NCBI GenBank assembly: GCA_963666835.2
Contig: CAXXGO010000001.1
Location: 1 to 64,000, forward strand
DNA length: 64,000 bases
Source of the DNA: Phycisphaerae bacterium
Lineage (GTDB): Bacteria > Planctomycetota > Phycisphaerae > UBA1845
Direction: 5' to 3'
Position numbers and translations under genes: made by a program
Shown: positions 42,193-53,200 of the stretch, in pieces
Numbering within the stretch: the first letter of the stretch is position 1
Layout: each line of letters opens with the position of its first letter
The notes under the pieces: generated by a model
Databases searched by the model: none
Told to the model about the DNA's origin: nothing
Seen by the model: only the letters and a program-made list of their open reading frames with translations

Positions 42193-43949
42193 TCGTGGCG
42201 CGTCGTGGGGTCATCCTGCCGGCGATTCTGTTTATGCTGCTGTTATTGGGGCTGCTGGGGGCAATGTTCGCGTTCCGGGTGAATGCGGATCACGCGGCCA
42301 CCCGGGCGGTGGCGTTGCGCTTGCAGACCCGCCTGGCGGCGGAGGCCGGGGTCGAACGGGTGAAGCTGCTCCTTCGTGACATGCGTTTTGATTCGACGCA
42401 ATGGTACAACAACCCGGACGAACTGCACCGGATTATCGTCTGGGCGCACGATGTCGATGCCACAATCCTGGGTACGAACGAGGAACTGGACGAAGGCGAG
42501 ATGGCCTTTCGGTTCAGCATCGTGGCGGATGACCCCAGCGACGATGAGAAGTACATCCGGTTCGGTATCACCGACGAGGCCGCGAAGCTCAACCTCAACG
42601 AGGCGACCGAATCGCAATTACTGAAGTTGGTAACGCGCGCGGTCGGCGATGACGAGGAGATCATTCCGAGTGAGATCGTCGCGGCCATCATTGACTGGCG
42701 CGATGAGGACTCCGTTGCTCTAAGTGAAGCGGGTGATACGGAGGGCGACTATTACGAGCAGTTGGTGCCGGCATACCTGGTCAAGAACGCCCCGTTTGAA
42801 ACGGTGGAGGAACTGCTCCTGGTCAAAGGGGTAACCGGTCAGATCCTCTTTGGTGAGGACTATGACCGCAACGGGCTACTCACTGACAACGAAGACGACG
42901 GCGACGACTCGTTCCCGCCGGACAACGAAGACGGGGAGCTTAATCAGGGTCTGTATCCGTATCTGACGGTTCACTCCTATGAGAGCAACGTCAGCAACAC
43001 GGGTCGTTCGCGGATCTACCTGTTCGGCGAGGAGAACACCTTGCGCGAGCAGTTGACGCCGGTGTTTGAGGATGAACCCGATGTTGTAGATTACATCGTT
43101 CAGGTCACGCGCGGGCAAAGTGGCAAGAAGGAAGCCGGCGAAGGTGAGGGCGGCGAGGAGGGCGGCAAGTCCGGCAGTACTGGTAGTGAGGGCGAAGCCG
43201 ACGGATCGCTGGAGGAGGCGGGCGAGGGCAGTACTGGCAAGGAGGGTTCGCTCGAAACGTCCAAGTCCGGACCGCGGCAGCAGTACAGGGAATCGGGTTC
43301 GGAGGAAGAGGAGAAGGACGAGGAAGACGCGGCAGAAGAGGAAGCCGAGGATGACTCGGGCGAAGAGGAAGAGGGCGAAACAAATCCCGAAGACGGGGGA
43401 GAAACGGATGATGTTCAAGGCGGGTCGGGACCGATCCGAACTCCAGCGGCATTGCTTCTGGCACGCTCGATAAGCGGCGAGGCTCGTTCCAGTCCCGTAG
43501 GACCGGAGCATCTGGCTCGGCTGATGGACCAGACGACAACGGTGTCGCCGGAAAAGAACGAGATTGCGGGTCTCATTAACGTTAACACTGCACCCGCGCC
43601 GGTTCTGAAGTGTATTGAGGAACTGTCGGGAGCGCAGATTCAGGCAATCCTCGAAGCGCGGGGGAGCCTGGAAGCCGAGGAGAAGGCGACGACCGCATGG
43701 TTGGTTACCGAAGACGTCGTTGATCTGGAGACATACGTGGCGATTGCCCCGCAGATTACGGCTCGCGGCCAGCAGTTCACGATTGAATCGCTTGGTTATG
43801 CGGACCATGTGGGGATGGTGTCGAGGCTGCAGGTGATTGTGGATATGGTCGGACCGATCGCACAGACGGTGTACTGCCGCGACGTGACGAACATCGGCGG
43901 CCATTTCCCAATACGCCAGGAAGATGAAGAGAATATCCGTGTCCGTTAA
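42189..43949 (+). CDS. gspK: GspK-like pseudopilin with acidic low-complexity insertion
   Basis: RG|VILP without Glu5; ITDEAAKLNLN, AAIIDWRD, KNAPFETVEELLLVKGV, INVNTAP. Confidence 0.88.
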   Translation: MIVARRGVILPAILFMLLLLGLLGAMFAFRVNADHAATRAVALRLQTRLAAEAGVERVKLLLRDMRFDSTQWYNNPDELHRIIVWAHDVDATILGTNEELDEGEMAFRFSIVADDPSDDEKYIRFGITDEAAKLNLNEATESQLLKLVTRAVGDDEEIIPSEIVAAIIDWRDEDSVALSEAGDTEGDYYEQLVPAYLVKNAPFETVEELLLVKGVTGQILFGEDYDRNGLLTDNEDDGDDSFPPDNEDGELNQGLYPYLTVHSYESNVSNTGRSRIYLFGEENTLREQLTPVFEDEPDVVDYIVQVTRGQSGKKEAGEGEGGEEGGKSGSTGSEGEADGSLEEAGEGSTGKEGSLETSKSGPRQQYRESGSEEEEKDEEDAAEEEAEDDSGEEEEGETNPEDGGETDDVQGGSGPIRTPAALLLARSISGEARSSPVGPEHLARLMDQTTTVSPEKNEIAGLINVNTAPAPVLKCIEELSGAQIQAILEARGSLEAEEKATTAWLVTEDVVDLETYVAIAPQITARGQQFTIESLGYADHVGMVSRLQVIVDMVGPIAQTVYCRDVTNIGGHFPIRQEDEENIRVR

Positions 43950-45543
43950 TGCTCGCTCAAAGAAGATCCTGGCTATTGACTGGGATGTGCGTACGTTGCG
44001 GATCGTCCATGCGCAGCTCGGCAAACGCGGGGCGACCGTGGAACAGGTGTTGGCGGTCCCGCTGGGCAAGGATGTCGACCCCGGCGATCCGGAACAGATG
44101 GGCCGGCACATCCGCCGGGCGCTGGATCAGGAAGGTATCCGCACGCGTCATGCGATGGTCGATGTTCCCCGCGATCAGGCGATTCTCAACACGTTGAACC
44201 TCCCGGTAGCCGTTCCCGAGGGACTCCCCGGAATGGTGGAGATCCAGGTCGCCAAGGAGCTGCCCTTTCCGATCAGCGACGCGGTGATCGATTATGCGGT
44301 CGGAGAGCCGGTTGATGGTTCGCCGACGGCCGAGGTGCTGGTAGCGGCGATTCGCCGCGAGGTTTTGGCCCAGTACGAGGCGACGCTGGTAACGGCCGGT
44401 CTGAGGCCGCTACGGATCGGGTTCCGGCCCTTTGCGGACAAGATCGCGGTTTGCGCGCTGCTAAAGCACGCGATGCCGGAGCGGGTTCTGTTCATCGATG
44501 TTCGGCCGACCCTTTCCGAGATCGATTTCCTGCGGCATGGAGCGTTGGAGTTCTCCCGTGCCGCCCCCGTAGTCATCCCCGAGAACCTTGATGACGGATC
44601 GCGTCTTTCGCTGGTGCGGCCGGCGAGTTCGGGGGAGGTCGGCGACGACGAATCTCCGGCGATTGACGAGCCTCGTGTGTCCGGCGGGGCGCTCGCCGAG
44701 GTGATTCGATCTCTGGTTATCGAGGTCCGCCGGTCGATCGAGGCTTATCGGGCCAGCGATCCCGGGGCGAGAATCGATCATGCGGTGATCGGCGGCGATC
44801 TCGGCATTGAAGAGCCTTTGGCCGAGGCAATCCAGCGCGAGCTGCAGATGACGGCCGAGGTGTTCAACCCGGCCTCGACGTTCGGGTGGGAACCTGACCA
44901 GGGTGCGGCGGCTTCGGCGTATGCGGCCACGTTGGGCATGGTGTTGGCCCAGGCGGATCCGGCTACGCTCCACTTCGATTTCCTTCACCCCAAGAAAGTG
45001 GAATCGGCGGCGAAGAAGCGACTCAAGAAGGCGCCGGTGTTGGCGGCGGCCGTGCTGTTGCTGGCCGCGGCGGGTCCGGTCTTTCTTTATGGGATAACCA
45101 AGGATGATCGCGAGGCGCTGGCGAGCATTGAGAAGCGAATCGCCGAGTTGAAGAGCAATTCCGGAAGTAACAAGAAGTTCCTCAAGTTGGTGGACGACCT
45201 TCGGGACTTCAACGAGCAGTATATCTGGGTGGATGTTCTGGCGGATGCCCTGAGCGTGTTGCCGTCGAATGAAGAGCTGGTCATCAACCACGCGTCGTTC
45301 AACCAGGAGGAGGGCCGCCTGGTCCTCAAGACGCAGACGAAGCGGCGCGAGATTGCCAGCGAGGTGATACGGATGCTGGAGGAGGAGTTTCGCAGACCCG
45401 GCAGTACGCTACCGCGGTTCAAGGTGACCATGCGGTCGCAATCGGAGAAGGACGGAGAGAAGTATCCGTATTCGCAGGATCTGCAGATTATGATTCTGGC
45501 GGACGGTTTGGTGCAAGAGGGGTTGGCCAGTCGTTCGCGGTAG
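43924..45543 (+). CDS. PilM(-PilN)/GspL-like assembly protein
   Basis: ILAIDW, KELPF, EVLVAA actin-like PilM motifs; then DFLHP, one TM, coiled coil and LS.LP periplasmic domain. Confidence 0.8.
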   Translation: MKRISVSVNARSKKILAIDWDVRTLRIVHAQLGKRGATVEQVLAVPLGKDVDPGDPEQMGRHIRRALDQEGIRTRHAMVDVPRDQAILNTLNLPVAVPEGLPGMVEIQVAKELPFPISDAVIDYAVGEPVDGSPTAEVLVAAIRREVLAQYEATLVTAGLRPLRIGFRPFADKIAVCALLKHAMPERVLFIDVRPTLSEIDFLRHGALEFSRAAPVVIPENLDDGSRLSLVRPASSGEVGDDESPAIDEPRVSGGALAEVIRSLVIEVRRSIEAYRASDPGARIDHAVIGGDLGIEEPLAEAIQRELQMTAEVFNPASTFGWEPDQGAAASAYAATLGMVLAQADPATLHFDFLHPKKVESAAKKRLKKAPVLAAAVLLLAAAGPVFLYGITKDDREALASIEKRIAELKSNSGSNKKFLKLVDDLRDFNEQYIWVDVLADALSVLPSNEELVINHASFNQEEGRLVLKTQTKRREIASEVIRMLEEEFRRPGSTLPRFKVTMRSQSEKDGEKYPYSQDLQIMILADGLVQEGLASRSR

Positions 45544-45578
45544 GGTCGGACGCGAGGCGATCGAGTTTGAGGTGATCG

Positions 45579-47129
45579 ATGGATCGGCGTACTAAGATTC
45601 TAGGCGGCGTGTTTCTCGCGATCGTCTGCTACGCGTTGATTGCCAACGTGGCCTATCCGAGCTGGATCAAACCACTCCTCGAGACCGGTGAGCGCGTCGC
45701 CGAGCAGCAGGAAGAACTCGACAAACTGGAGGCCGGGGAAGCTGAAGTCCAGATGGCGAAGCTGGAATACGGCGAGTTACTCGATCGGATGAGTTCGTTT
45801 GACGCGGCCAAAGCGGAGAACGACCTGCGCGAGCGGCTGAACCAGTTAGTGGGAAAGCACGGACTGGAGGAAGTGACCACATCGGGCGGCGGTCGGGTCA
45901 GCCGGTACAAGAAGACCGACTTCGAGACAATGAACCTCTCGCTCAGTGCCACCGGCACTCTGCGTGGGGTGATCGGGTTCCTGAAGGACCTTTCGGAACT
46001 GCCGCACGTGCTCCGGCTGGGTAATGTGGCGATGTTTCCGTCCCGGTCTTCGCGCAAGGGACGGGCGGGTACACAGATTCAACTGCGGGTGCCGCTCGAA
46101 GTGGCCGTGCTTCCGCAGCAGAGGATTCTCGGGAATCTGCTGAAGGACGAGGATCTCAAACAACCCGAGTCATACGTACGGCACGAAGGGCGCAATTACT
46201 CGGAGATCTGGGAGCGGACTCCCTTTACCGAGTTCGTGCCGCCCGAACCGTTGGTCGCCAACGCCGGGCGGACCATCAATGTGGAGTTGAACACGCCGAC
46301 GTCCATGCAGGGTTCTGCGACCGGGGGGGACGGCAACTACACTTACCTCTGGTCTCCGGAGGAGGGGTTGAGTGATCCGAATACCGCGCGCCCGAAGCTC
46401 GACACGTCTACGACGTGGAAGCGGGACTATACCTTGACGGTCACCGACGGGCTGGAGGAGAAGTCGACCTCGACCGTCACGGTGACGATTCGCGAGAAGG
46501 CTCCGGCGGTCACCGAGACGCGTCCGACGGAACCGCCCAAGCCGGTCGGACCGCAGCGCTGGGCGGAAAACAACCGGATGAAGCTGCTTATGGCGCTGAT
46601 GCATAGGGAGGGTGACGTTCGCCTCGACGAGGTGATGGTCTTCCACCTGAAGTCGAAGGAGACGACTTATCACGAGTTGGGGGCCGAGTTCGACGGCGGC
46701 GAGTTGGTCTTTGTGCATCCGCGCGGCGCGATCAGCCGCCGGAAGGACGACTACTTCATCTACCCGCTGGGCTGCACGCTCAATCAGGACATCCGTATGG
46801 AGGAGGCCGGCGACTATCCTGTGCTCCAGGCTGCCGCCTACAGATTGAGTGGCATAGTCCTGGAGACGACCCCGGAAACCGGGGCGGTTTTGGGGCAACC
46901 TGCTTCGACCCCGTCGGGTGGCGGCCCGGAAGAGGAAGAAACGCCCGTGGTCGAGGAGCAGGGCAGTGCCACAACCGAGACTCCGAGCGCGCCTGGGCCC
47001 AAAGTTGCCCCTGCGGCGGCGCCGGCGTCCCGCGATCCTAACGAAGACCGTACTGAGCGAGTAGCCGACAAGCCCAAAAAGAAGAAGAAGAGCAGCCGCC
47101 GTCGGGGCGGGCGAAAGAAGGGGCGTTAG
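45579..47129 (+). CDS. PilO/GspM-like protein fused to PKD/Ig-like and GspC-HR-like domains
   Basis: N-terminal TM + coiled coil + LSATGT...FL.DL; ANAG...YTYLWSP...YTLTVTD; C-terminal beta domain; basic tail. Confidence 0.6.
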   Translation: MDRRTKILGGVFLAIVCYALIANVAYPSWIKPLLETGERVAEQQEELDKLEAGEAEVQMAKLEYGELLDRMSSFDAAKAENDLRERLNQLVGKHGLEEVTTSGGGRVSRYKKTDFETMNLSLSATGTLRGVIGFLKDLSELPHVLRLGNVAMFPSRSSRKGRAGTQIQLRVPLEVAVLPQQRILGNLLKDEDLKQPESYVRHEGRNYSEIWERTPFTEFVPPEPLVANAGRTINVELNTPTSMQGSATGGDGNYTYLWSPEEGLSDPNTARPKLDTSTTWKRDYTLTVTDGLEEKSTSTVTVTIREKAPAVTETRPTEPPKPVGPQRWAENNRMKLLMALMHREGDVRLDEVMVFHLKSKETTYHELGAEFDGGELVFVHPRGAISRRKDDYFIYPLGCTLNQDIRMEEAGDYPVLQAAAYRLSGIVLETTPETGAVLGQPASTPSGGGPEEEETPVVEEQGSATTETPSAPGPKVAPAAAPASRDPNEDRTERVADKPKKKKKSSRRRGGRKKGR

Positions 47130-47255
47130 TCTCGCAGGCAGCGAGGACGAGACTGCCGGCGTCGTATGTTGGCGCCGTTGACAATAGCAGGCGAGGGCCA
47201 TTGAGCCACAGTAAGACCACCCCTGATGTGGGGTGTAGTAAGAGGAGAGGTTGCC

Positions 47256-50200
47256 ATGAACGCACGGCCGAATGACTCAATCCAGCAAACGCTACGTCGT
47301 CTCGGCGTGGGGCTGGCGGTTGTCGTGTTTGGCTTGTCGGCCGCGGTCGGTTATGCGCAGTCTCCGCCGCCGAGCGGAAACGAAAAGACCAACAAGAAGG
47401 CGCCAGGGGCTAAAGAGACTCCGGGCGACAAGACTCCGAGCAGCAAGAGGGCTTCGAGCCCCAGGCGGGCTCCGAAAGCCAAGGAGGACGCCGGCGATAA
47501 GAAACCGTCTCGACGTACGAAGCCTCCGAGTGACAAGAAGACGAGCGATTCCGACGAAAAAGCCGCGGACGGTTCGAAATCCGCCGAGGAAGAAGACTCC
47601 AAGAGTAGCCGACCGGCGCAGCGGACCCACCGTCGTCCCGCCGGTGAGGAGAAAGAAGACACCAAAGAGTCTGATCCGAAAGAGCCGAGCCCGACCGGCC
47701 CGAAGAAGGTCGAGGAGAAGCCGGAGATAGACGCCGACCTGCGGCGACAGGTCGATGCCTTGATAGACTCTCCACCGGAGGATGCCGAGGATTCCGAGAA
47801 GCCTGAACCGCGGAGTCGCGGGTCGAAGCGGGTGAGTCCCTCCGAGGTGGGTCTGGTCAAGCCGGGTATGGGTACGACCACTACAGGCCCTAGACCCGGT
47901 ACGGAAGGGCCGGAACCGAAGGGTCCGACCACGACGCTGGACATTCCGGCACGCGAGGCGAGTGTGCCGGCCGAAGAGCGCACCTACTGGTTCAGCATCA
48001 AGGACGGCAGTTACGAGCAGTTGGTGGAGGGAATCGCCCGTGAGACCGGGTTGGGCGTAATGGGGGAGAGCCCCAAGGACGGGAAGGTCACCTTCGTGAC
48101 CGAAGAGGAGCTTACGTTCGACCAGTTGATCAAGCGCGTTCAGATGGTGCTGTTCAACTACAAGCCGCACGATCCTTACTGGCTCCTGCGCGAAGACACT
48201 CATTTGGAAGTCATTCGGATTACTGACTACTACCGGCGGCTCCCACGGGAGCGGATGTATCCCAGCATTGAAGAGTATCGGGCGGCGAATCTACCCAAGG
48301 ACGAACTGGCCCTGGTGCTCTACACTCCCCAGGCCGGTTCCATCGCGGATCTGACCGTGATTCGCGACTTCATGCCCGACTACGTTCGGGTGACTCCGCT
48401 TGAAGAGCGCAATACGGTCAGCATCTTTGCGTTGTCGCGCGATATTGAAAAGTACATGGACCTGATCCCCATCTTTGTAGGGGACAACGACGATCCGCGG
48501 ACGTTGGAGCTGATTGACGTTGAGCACATCCTCGCCAGCGAGGCGTTGGAGAAGCTGCGCACGTTGATGGACCTGGAGGCGAGCGGCGCGGCGCGGCCCG
48601 CGCCTCGGCCCAAGGCACGCGGGGCGAGCCCTCTTACCGGAGCGGAAGCGCCGGAAGTCAGCGTCGTTCCGGATGATGCCCGCGGGGTGATTATCGTTCG
48701 GGCCATGCCGGACAAGATCCGCGAAATCAAACAGCTGTTGCCATACTTGGATGTGGATACGACGCGAAGCTACGACCCGGTAGTGATTAAGGTCGTACAC
48801 ACAGAGCCGACCGAGCTGGTCGCGACGATTCAGCAGTTGCTAAGCGCGGCGGAGCCGGCTGCCCAGCCGGGGACGCCGACGAGCAAGACGACAACGCGGA
48901 GACGCGACCGGAAGTCGAAGGGTAGCCGACGGGGATCGTCCGGGGCTTCCTCGGTAGTGCTGGACGAGATAACGCTAATGCCGCATCCCAGTGCCCGAGC
49001 GATTATTGTCATGGCTTCGCAGGACGATGTCGTCCGGGTTCGCCATTTTGTGGAGATGTTTGACGTCGAGGACGGCGTCCACAACCACTCCATTGCTCTG
49101 GAGTACATCGACGCCGAAGAGGTGGTTGCGACCATCACCGAGCTGATGGCGGCCGGGACGGCCGGGACGGACACTTTCACGCTGGTGCCGGACCCGAAAG
49201 GGCGGAACATGTGGTTCAGCGGCAGCGAGCACCTTCTGGCCCAGATTGAGGAGATCGTGGCGGCGGTCGACACGGCTGACGACGTCGTGACGCTGCACAT
49301 CCACCATCTGGTCAACCGGACCCCGTCGTTCGTGGTCGGGATCCTCGAGCAGATGGAGAACACCGGAGCGACGGCGACAGGGGGCAAGGCCAATAGGCCG
49401 ACCCGTCGGCGGGGAAGCAGAAAGGCCCCCAAGGCGACGCCGCAAGCGACGCCGGGCAGCAAGTTCACTGCGGACGATGAGCAGGGGCAGCTCTTCGTGC
49501 TTTGTACTGAGCAGGAGTGGGAGGAGTACCTGGTCATAATCGAGCAGCTCGAGAGTGAGACGATCAGCGAGGTGCCGGTGCTGATCACGGTGGAGAACCT
49601 GACTCCGGACGAGGCGATCAACAAGCTGGGGACGCTCTTGAGCGATCAACAGCTTGCCAAAATGCGCTTCGAGACGACCGAAGCCGAGATTATCGTCATG
49701 GGGGCGAGCGAATTGGACTTGGCCTCGATTCGGAGCCTGCTGGCGGAACTGGATCGCCCGCTGGACATCGTGCAACGCACCTTTGAGATCCTCTATGCGG
49801 ATCCTGCGGAGCTGGTCTCGGCGTTGAACACGCTGGTCAGCGATGAAGCAGGCGGCAACTCCGCCGCCAAGCCGGGCCCGCCGCGTAAGGGCGCAAGGGC
49901 GACGCGTCCGGTAGCTTCTCGGGCAAGCTCGTCCGAACTGACGATTGTGGAGCTCGGTAAGTTCCTGATTGTGCGGACTACCCCGGAGAAGATGGAACGC
50001 GTCGCCGAGTTCATTACCGAGTTCGACATTGAGGAAGATAAGCGAACGATCCGGGTGTATGACGACTTCCCGATCGGGACGGATCTCGAAGATCTGACTG
50101 ACACATTAACGTCACTTATGCCGGGCGATGCCCCGGAGACGGCTAAGCCTAAGGGTCGGGCCTCGCGTGCGACGACCACTGGAGCCGGCGGTTTGCGGAT

Positions 50201-53200
50201 CGTGCCGCGCCCGGCGCTGGGCAAGCTTATCGTGATCGCCACGCCGGAGGAGTTTGTGGAAGTCGAGAAACTCCTCGATGTGCTCCGCAGTGAGGATCAG
50301 CTCGGGCCGACCGAGATGGACTTCGTTAACGTCGAGTACGCCGATCCCGCCGAAGTGGTGGAGGCGATAGAGCCGCTGTTGGACCTACGGATCGAGCAGA
50401 TGATCCGCACCGGAGAACTCTCGGCCGCCTATGGCGGCGGCGGGGAGGCGACTCCCAAGATCAGTAGACACCGGGGCAAGAACGTGCCGGCGCCGGCGGC
50501 GGCGGCGAGCGGAGGAGGCGATTATCACCTCGCGGCCGATGAGCGGATGAGCCGGATTGTCGTTTTCGGACCCGGTCCGATCGTAGCGGCCGTGCGGGAT
50601 CTGGTACGTCAATTCGACGTACCGGGCGATACCCCGGACGCCGTGGACATTGCCTTCGTTCCGGTGGAGCACGGCGACCCGGAAGAGCTGGTCGAGATGG
50701 TCGAGCCTTTCCTGAGTATGCGGGTAGACGAGTTGGTTGCGGCGGGGTCACTGAGTGCCGGTACGGTGGAAGATCCTTCCGCGACGACGCCGAAAAGGGG
50801 CGTTAAGGGACCCAAACGCGGCACCACTCCGAGAAGCAAGAGTGGCGACGACAAGCGCTATCACCTGGCTCCGGACGAGCGGAATAACCGAATTGTAGTC
50901 GCCGCGCCGCAGATCGTGATTGAGGAGGCTACCCGGCTCATAGGGGAATTCGATCGCCCCGATGCCGAAACGGACATCACGTTCGTGACCGTAGAACTGC
51001 AGAACGCTGATCCGGACGAAATGGTCAAGGCTATCAAGGAGATGCTCGGCAGCGGCGGGCGAGCCGGGACTCGCCGGGCTAAAGGGGCGAAGGCTGCTGC
51101 GACGGCCGGCTCGACCGATACGGATAAGCTCACCGTCGCGGCTGCTCCGGGCGGAAGCGCGCTGATCCTACGTGGTCCGACGGAGGATGTTGAAACGGCC
51201 ACCGAGTGGATCGAGCACCTGGACAACATGTCGGCCAGCGGGCGGGAGATCAAGACTTATGAGATCCGCCGGGCGGACCTGCGGAGGCTGGTGGATCTGG
51301 TTATGTACGACGTGGACTCCGGCGGGTCCAAGCCTGCCGGAAAGAAACGCGCGGCGCCCAGGGGTAAGTCGCGCGGTGTTGCCGAAGCCCCGGTGGAGGA
51401 CGAGTTTGAGACGACGATCACCCGATCGGGGGCGGATCTCTACATCCAGGCGGATCTGATCGCGCGAACGATGGTGGTTTCCGCTCCGCCGATCAAGCTG
51501 GCCCGGATCGACGAGATCGTCGCCCAGATGGACACTGAAGAAGAGTCGGGCATAACGGGGAAAGAAGTTCCGAAGTTCTTCTACGAGCTCAAGCACGTAG
51601 ATGCTATCGACGCCCTCTTCGATTTGGAGGCGGTTCTGGATGTCATGTGGGAGCCGTCCACCGATCTGCCGAAGGTCGATTACGCCCCCTTTGGCGAGAC
51701 TCTGATCATCAAGTACCCCGACGAGCGGCGTTTCCCGGAGATCGAGGCTCTGATCGTCAAGTACGTCGATAAGGTGCCGCCGGAAGATCTCGTATTGGAC
51801 CGCGAGGCGTTCACACCGCCCACGGGGATGAGTCCGCGTGATACGTACCTGTGGCTGAAGATGAACTACCCGGATTACGAGTTCGAGCTGATCGACATCT
51901 CGACGATCAAAGAAAGTGACTATCCGATCACGGAAGTCCAGCCGGCGACACGGCAGGCGCAGGCTAACCCGTGTGTCCTGCCTTTGGCATTCAAGCAGAT
52001 GGCCGATGCCGCGCTGGCGATTGCTACCGGGCAAACCGAGCCGGACCAGCCCCAGGATGATCCACAGGAGGATCCCCCGAGCGATCGTGAGGAGGCCGAG
52101 GACGAGCCGGCCCCCGAGGATGACGACGGCGGGTATGAAGATTCGGACGACTATGAGGAATCCTACGAGGAACCGGTTGGCGGAGAAGCCGGCGCGCCTG
52201 AAGGTGCCAGGCCGGCCGGCATGACGGAAGCCGAGGAGCGGAGCAGGATTCGAGCGCTCCTCGATGAGAAGGAGAAACGGCGCACCGCGAAGCCGACCGG
52301 CGAGAAGATCAAGGTCTTCATTGACGAGTCCTCGGGTGGGGTCTTTTTAGAAGGCAAGGCGGGGATTCTCAAAGACGCCGACGAGTGGATGGACAAACTC
52401 AAGAAGGAAATAGAGACCCTCCCGACCATGCCCGACATCCGGGTCTTCCAGGTCAAGCACATTGACGTATACGCAGCCCAGGAAGTCCTCAACGAGATGT
52501 TCAACGCGACGCAATCGCAGCGGCAGGCGGTTACCGCAGCGCAACGCCGCGCCCAGCAGCAACAGCAGGCGGCCCAACGGCGGGCGCAACAGCAGAGAAC
52601 GGCGAAAGGACAGGAAGAGGAGCAGGATAAGGACGGACGGCAATCCCGGCGCGGACAGCAGACCCAGCAACAACAGGTCCCACAGCTCCCGGCCGAGTCG
52701 GTGCGCATCTTCCCGAACCCGCGCGATCGGACCCTGATCGTCCGAGCGGAGTCGACCCAGTTTGCGGTGATCAAGAAGCTGCTGGCCACGATCGATCGAC
52801 CGCAACCGATCGAGAGCATCCACCGGGTGTTCCAGTTAAAGAAGCTTAACGCCACCGAAGTCGAGGAACTGTTGCGAGACTGGCTCGGGCTTGATGAGCA
52901 GCAGACATCGCAGCGGCGGACTTCATCGAGCTCAAACCGGGCGAGAAACGCACGTAGCGGTGCTGCTCAAACACGGCAGACCCGAAGCACGGGCGCCGCC
53001 GGGCGGCTGCCCAAGACTTTGATGCAACACTCGCCGACGGCCGGGGAGCTCGGCGTCGACCCGCGCGACATCAAGATCAGCAGCAATCCGGAAACGAACA
53101 CCGTTTTGGCAATGGCTCCGAAGGTGGCGATCGAGTACATCGCCGACCTGATCGAGGATCTGGAGAGCCAAGAGATCGAGGAGCGTATTTGGAAGACTTA

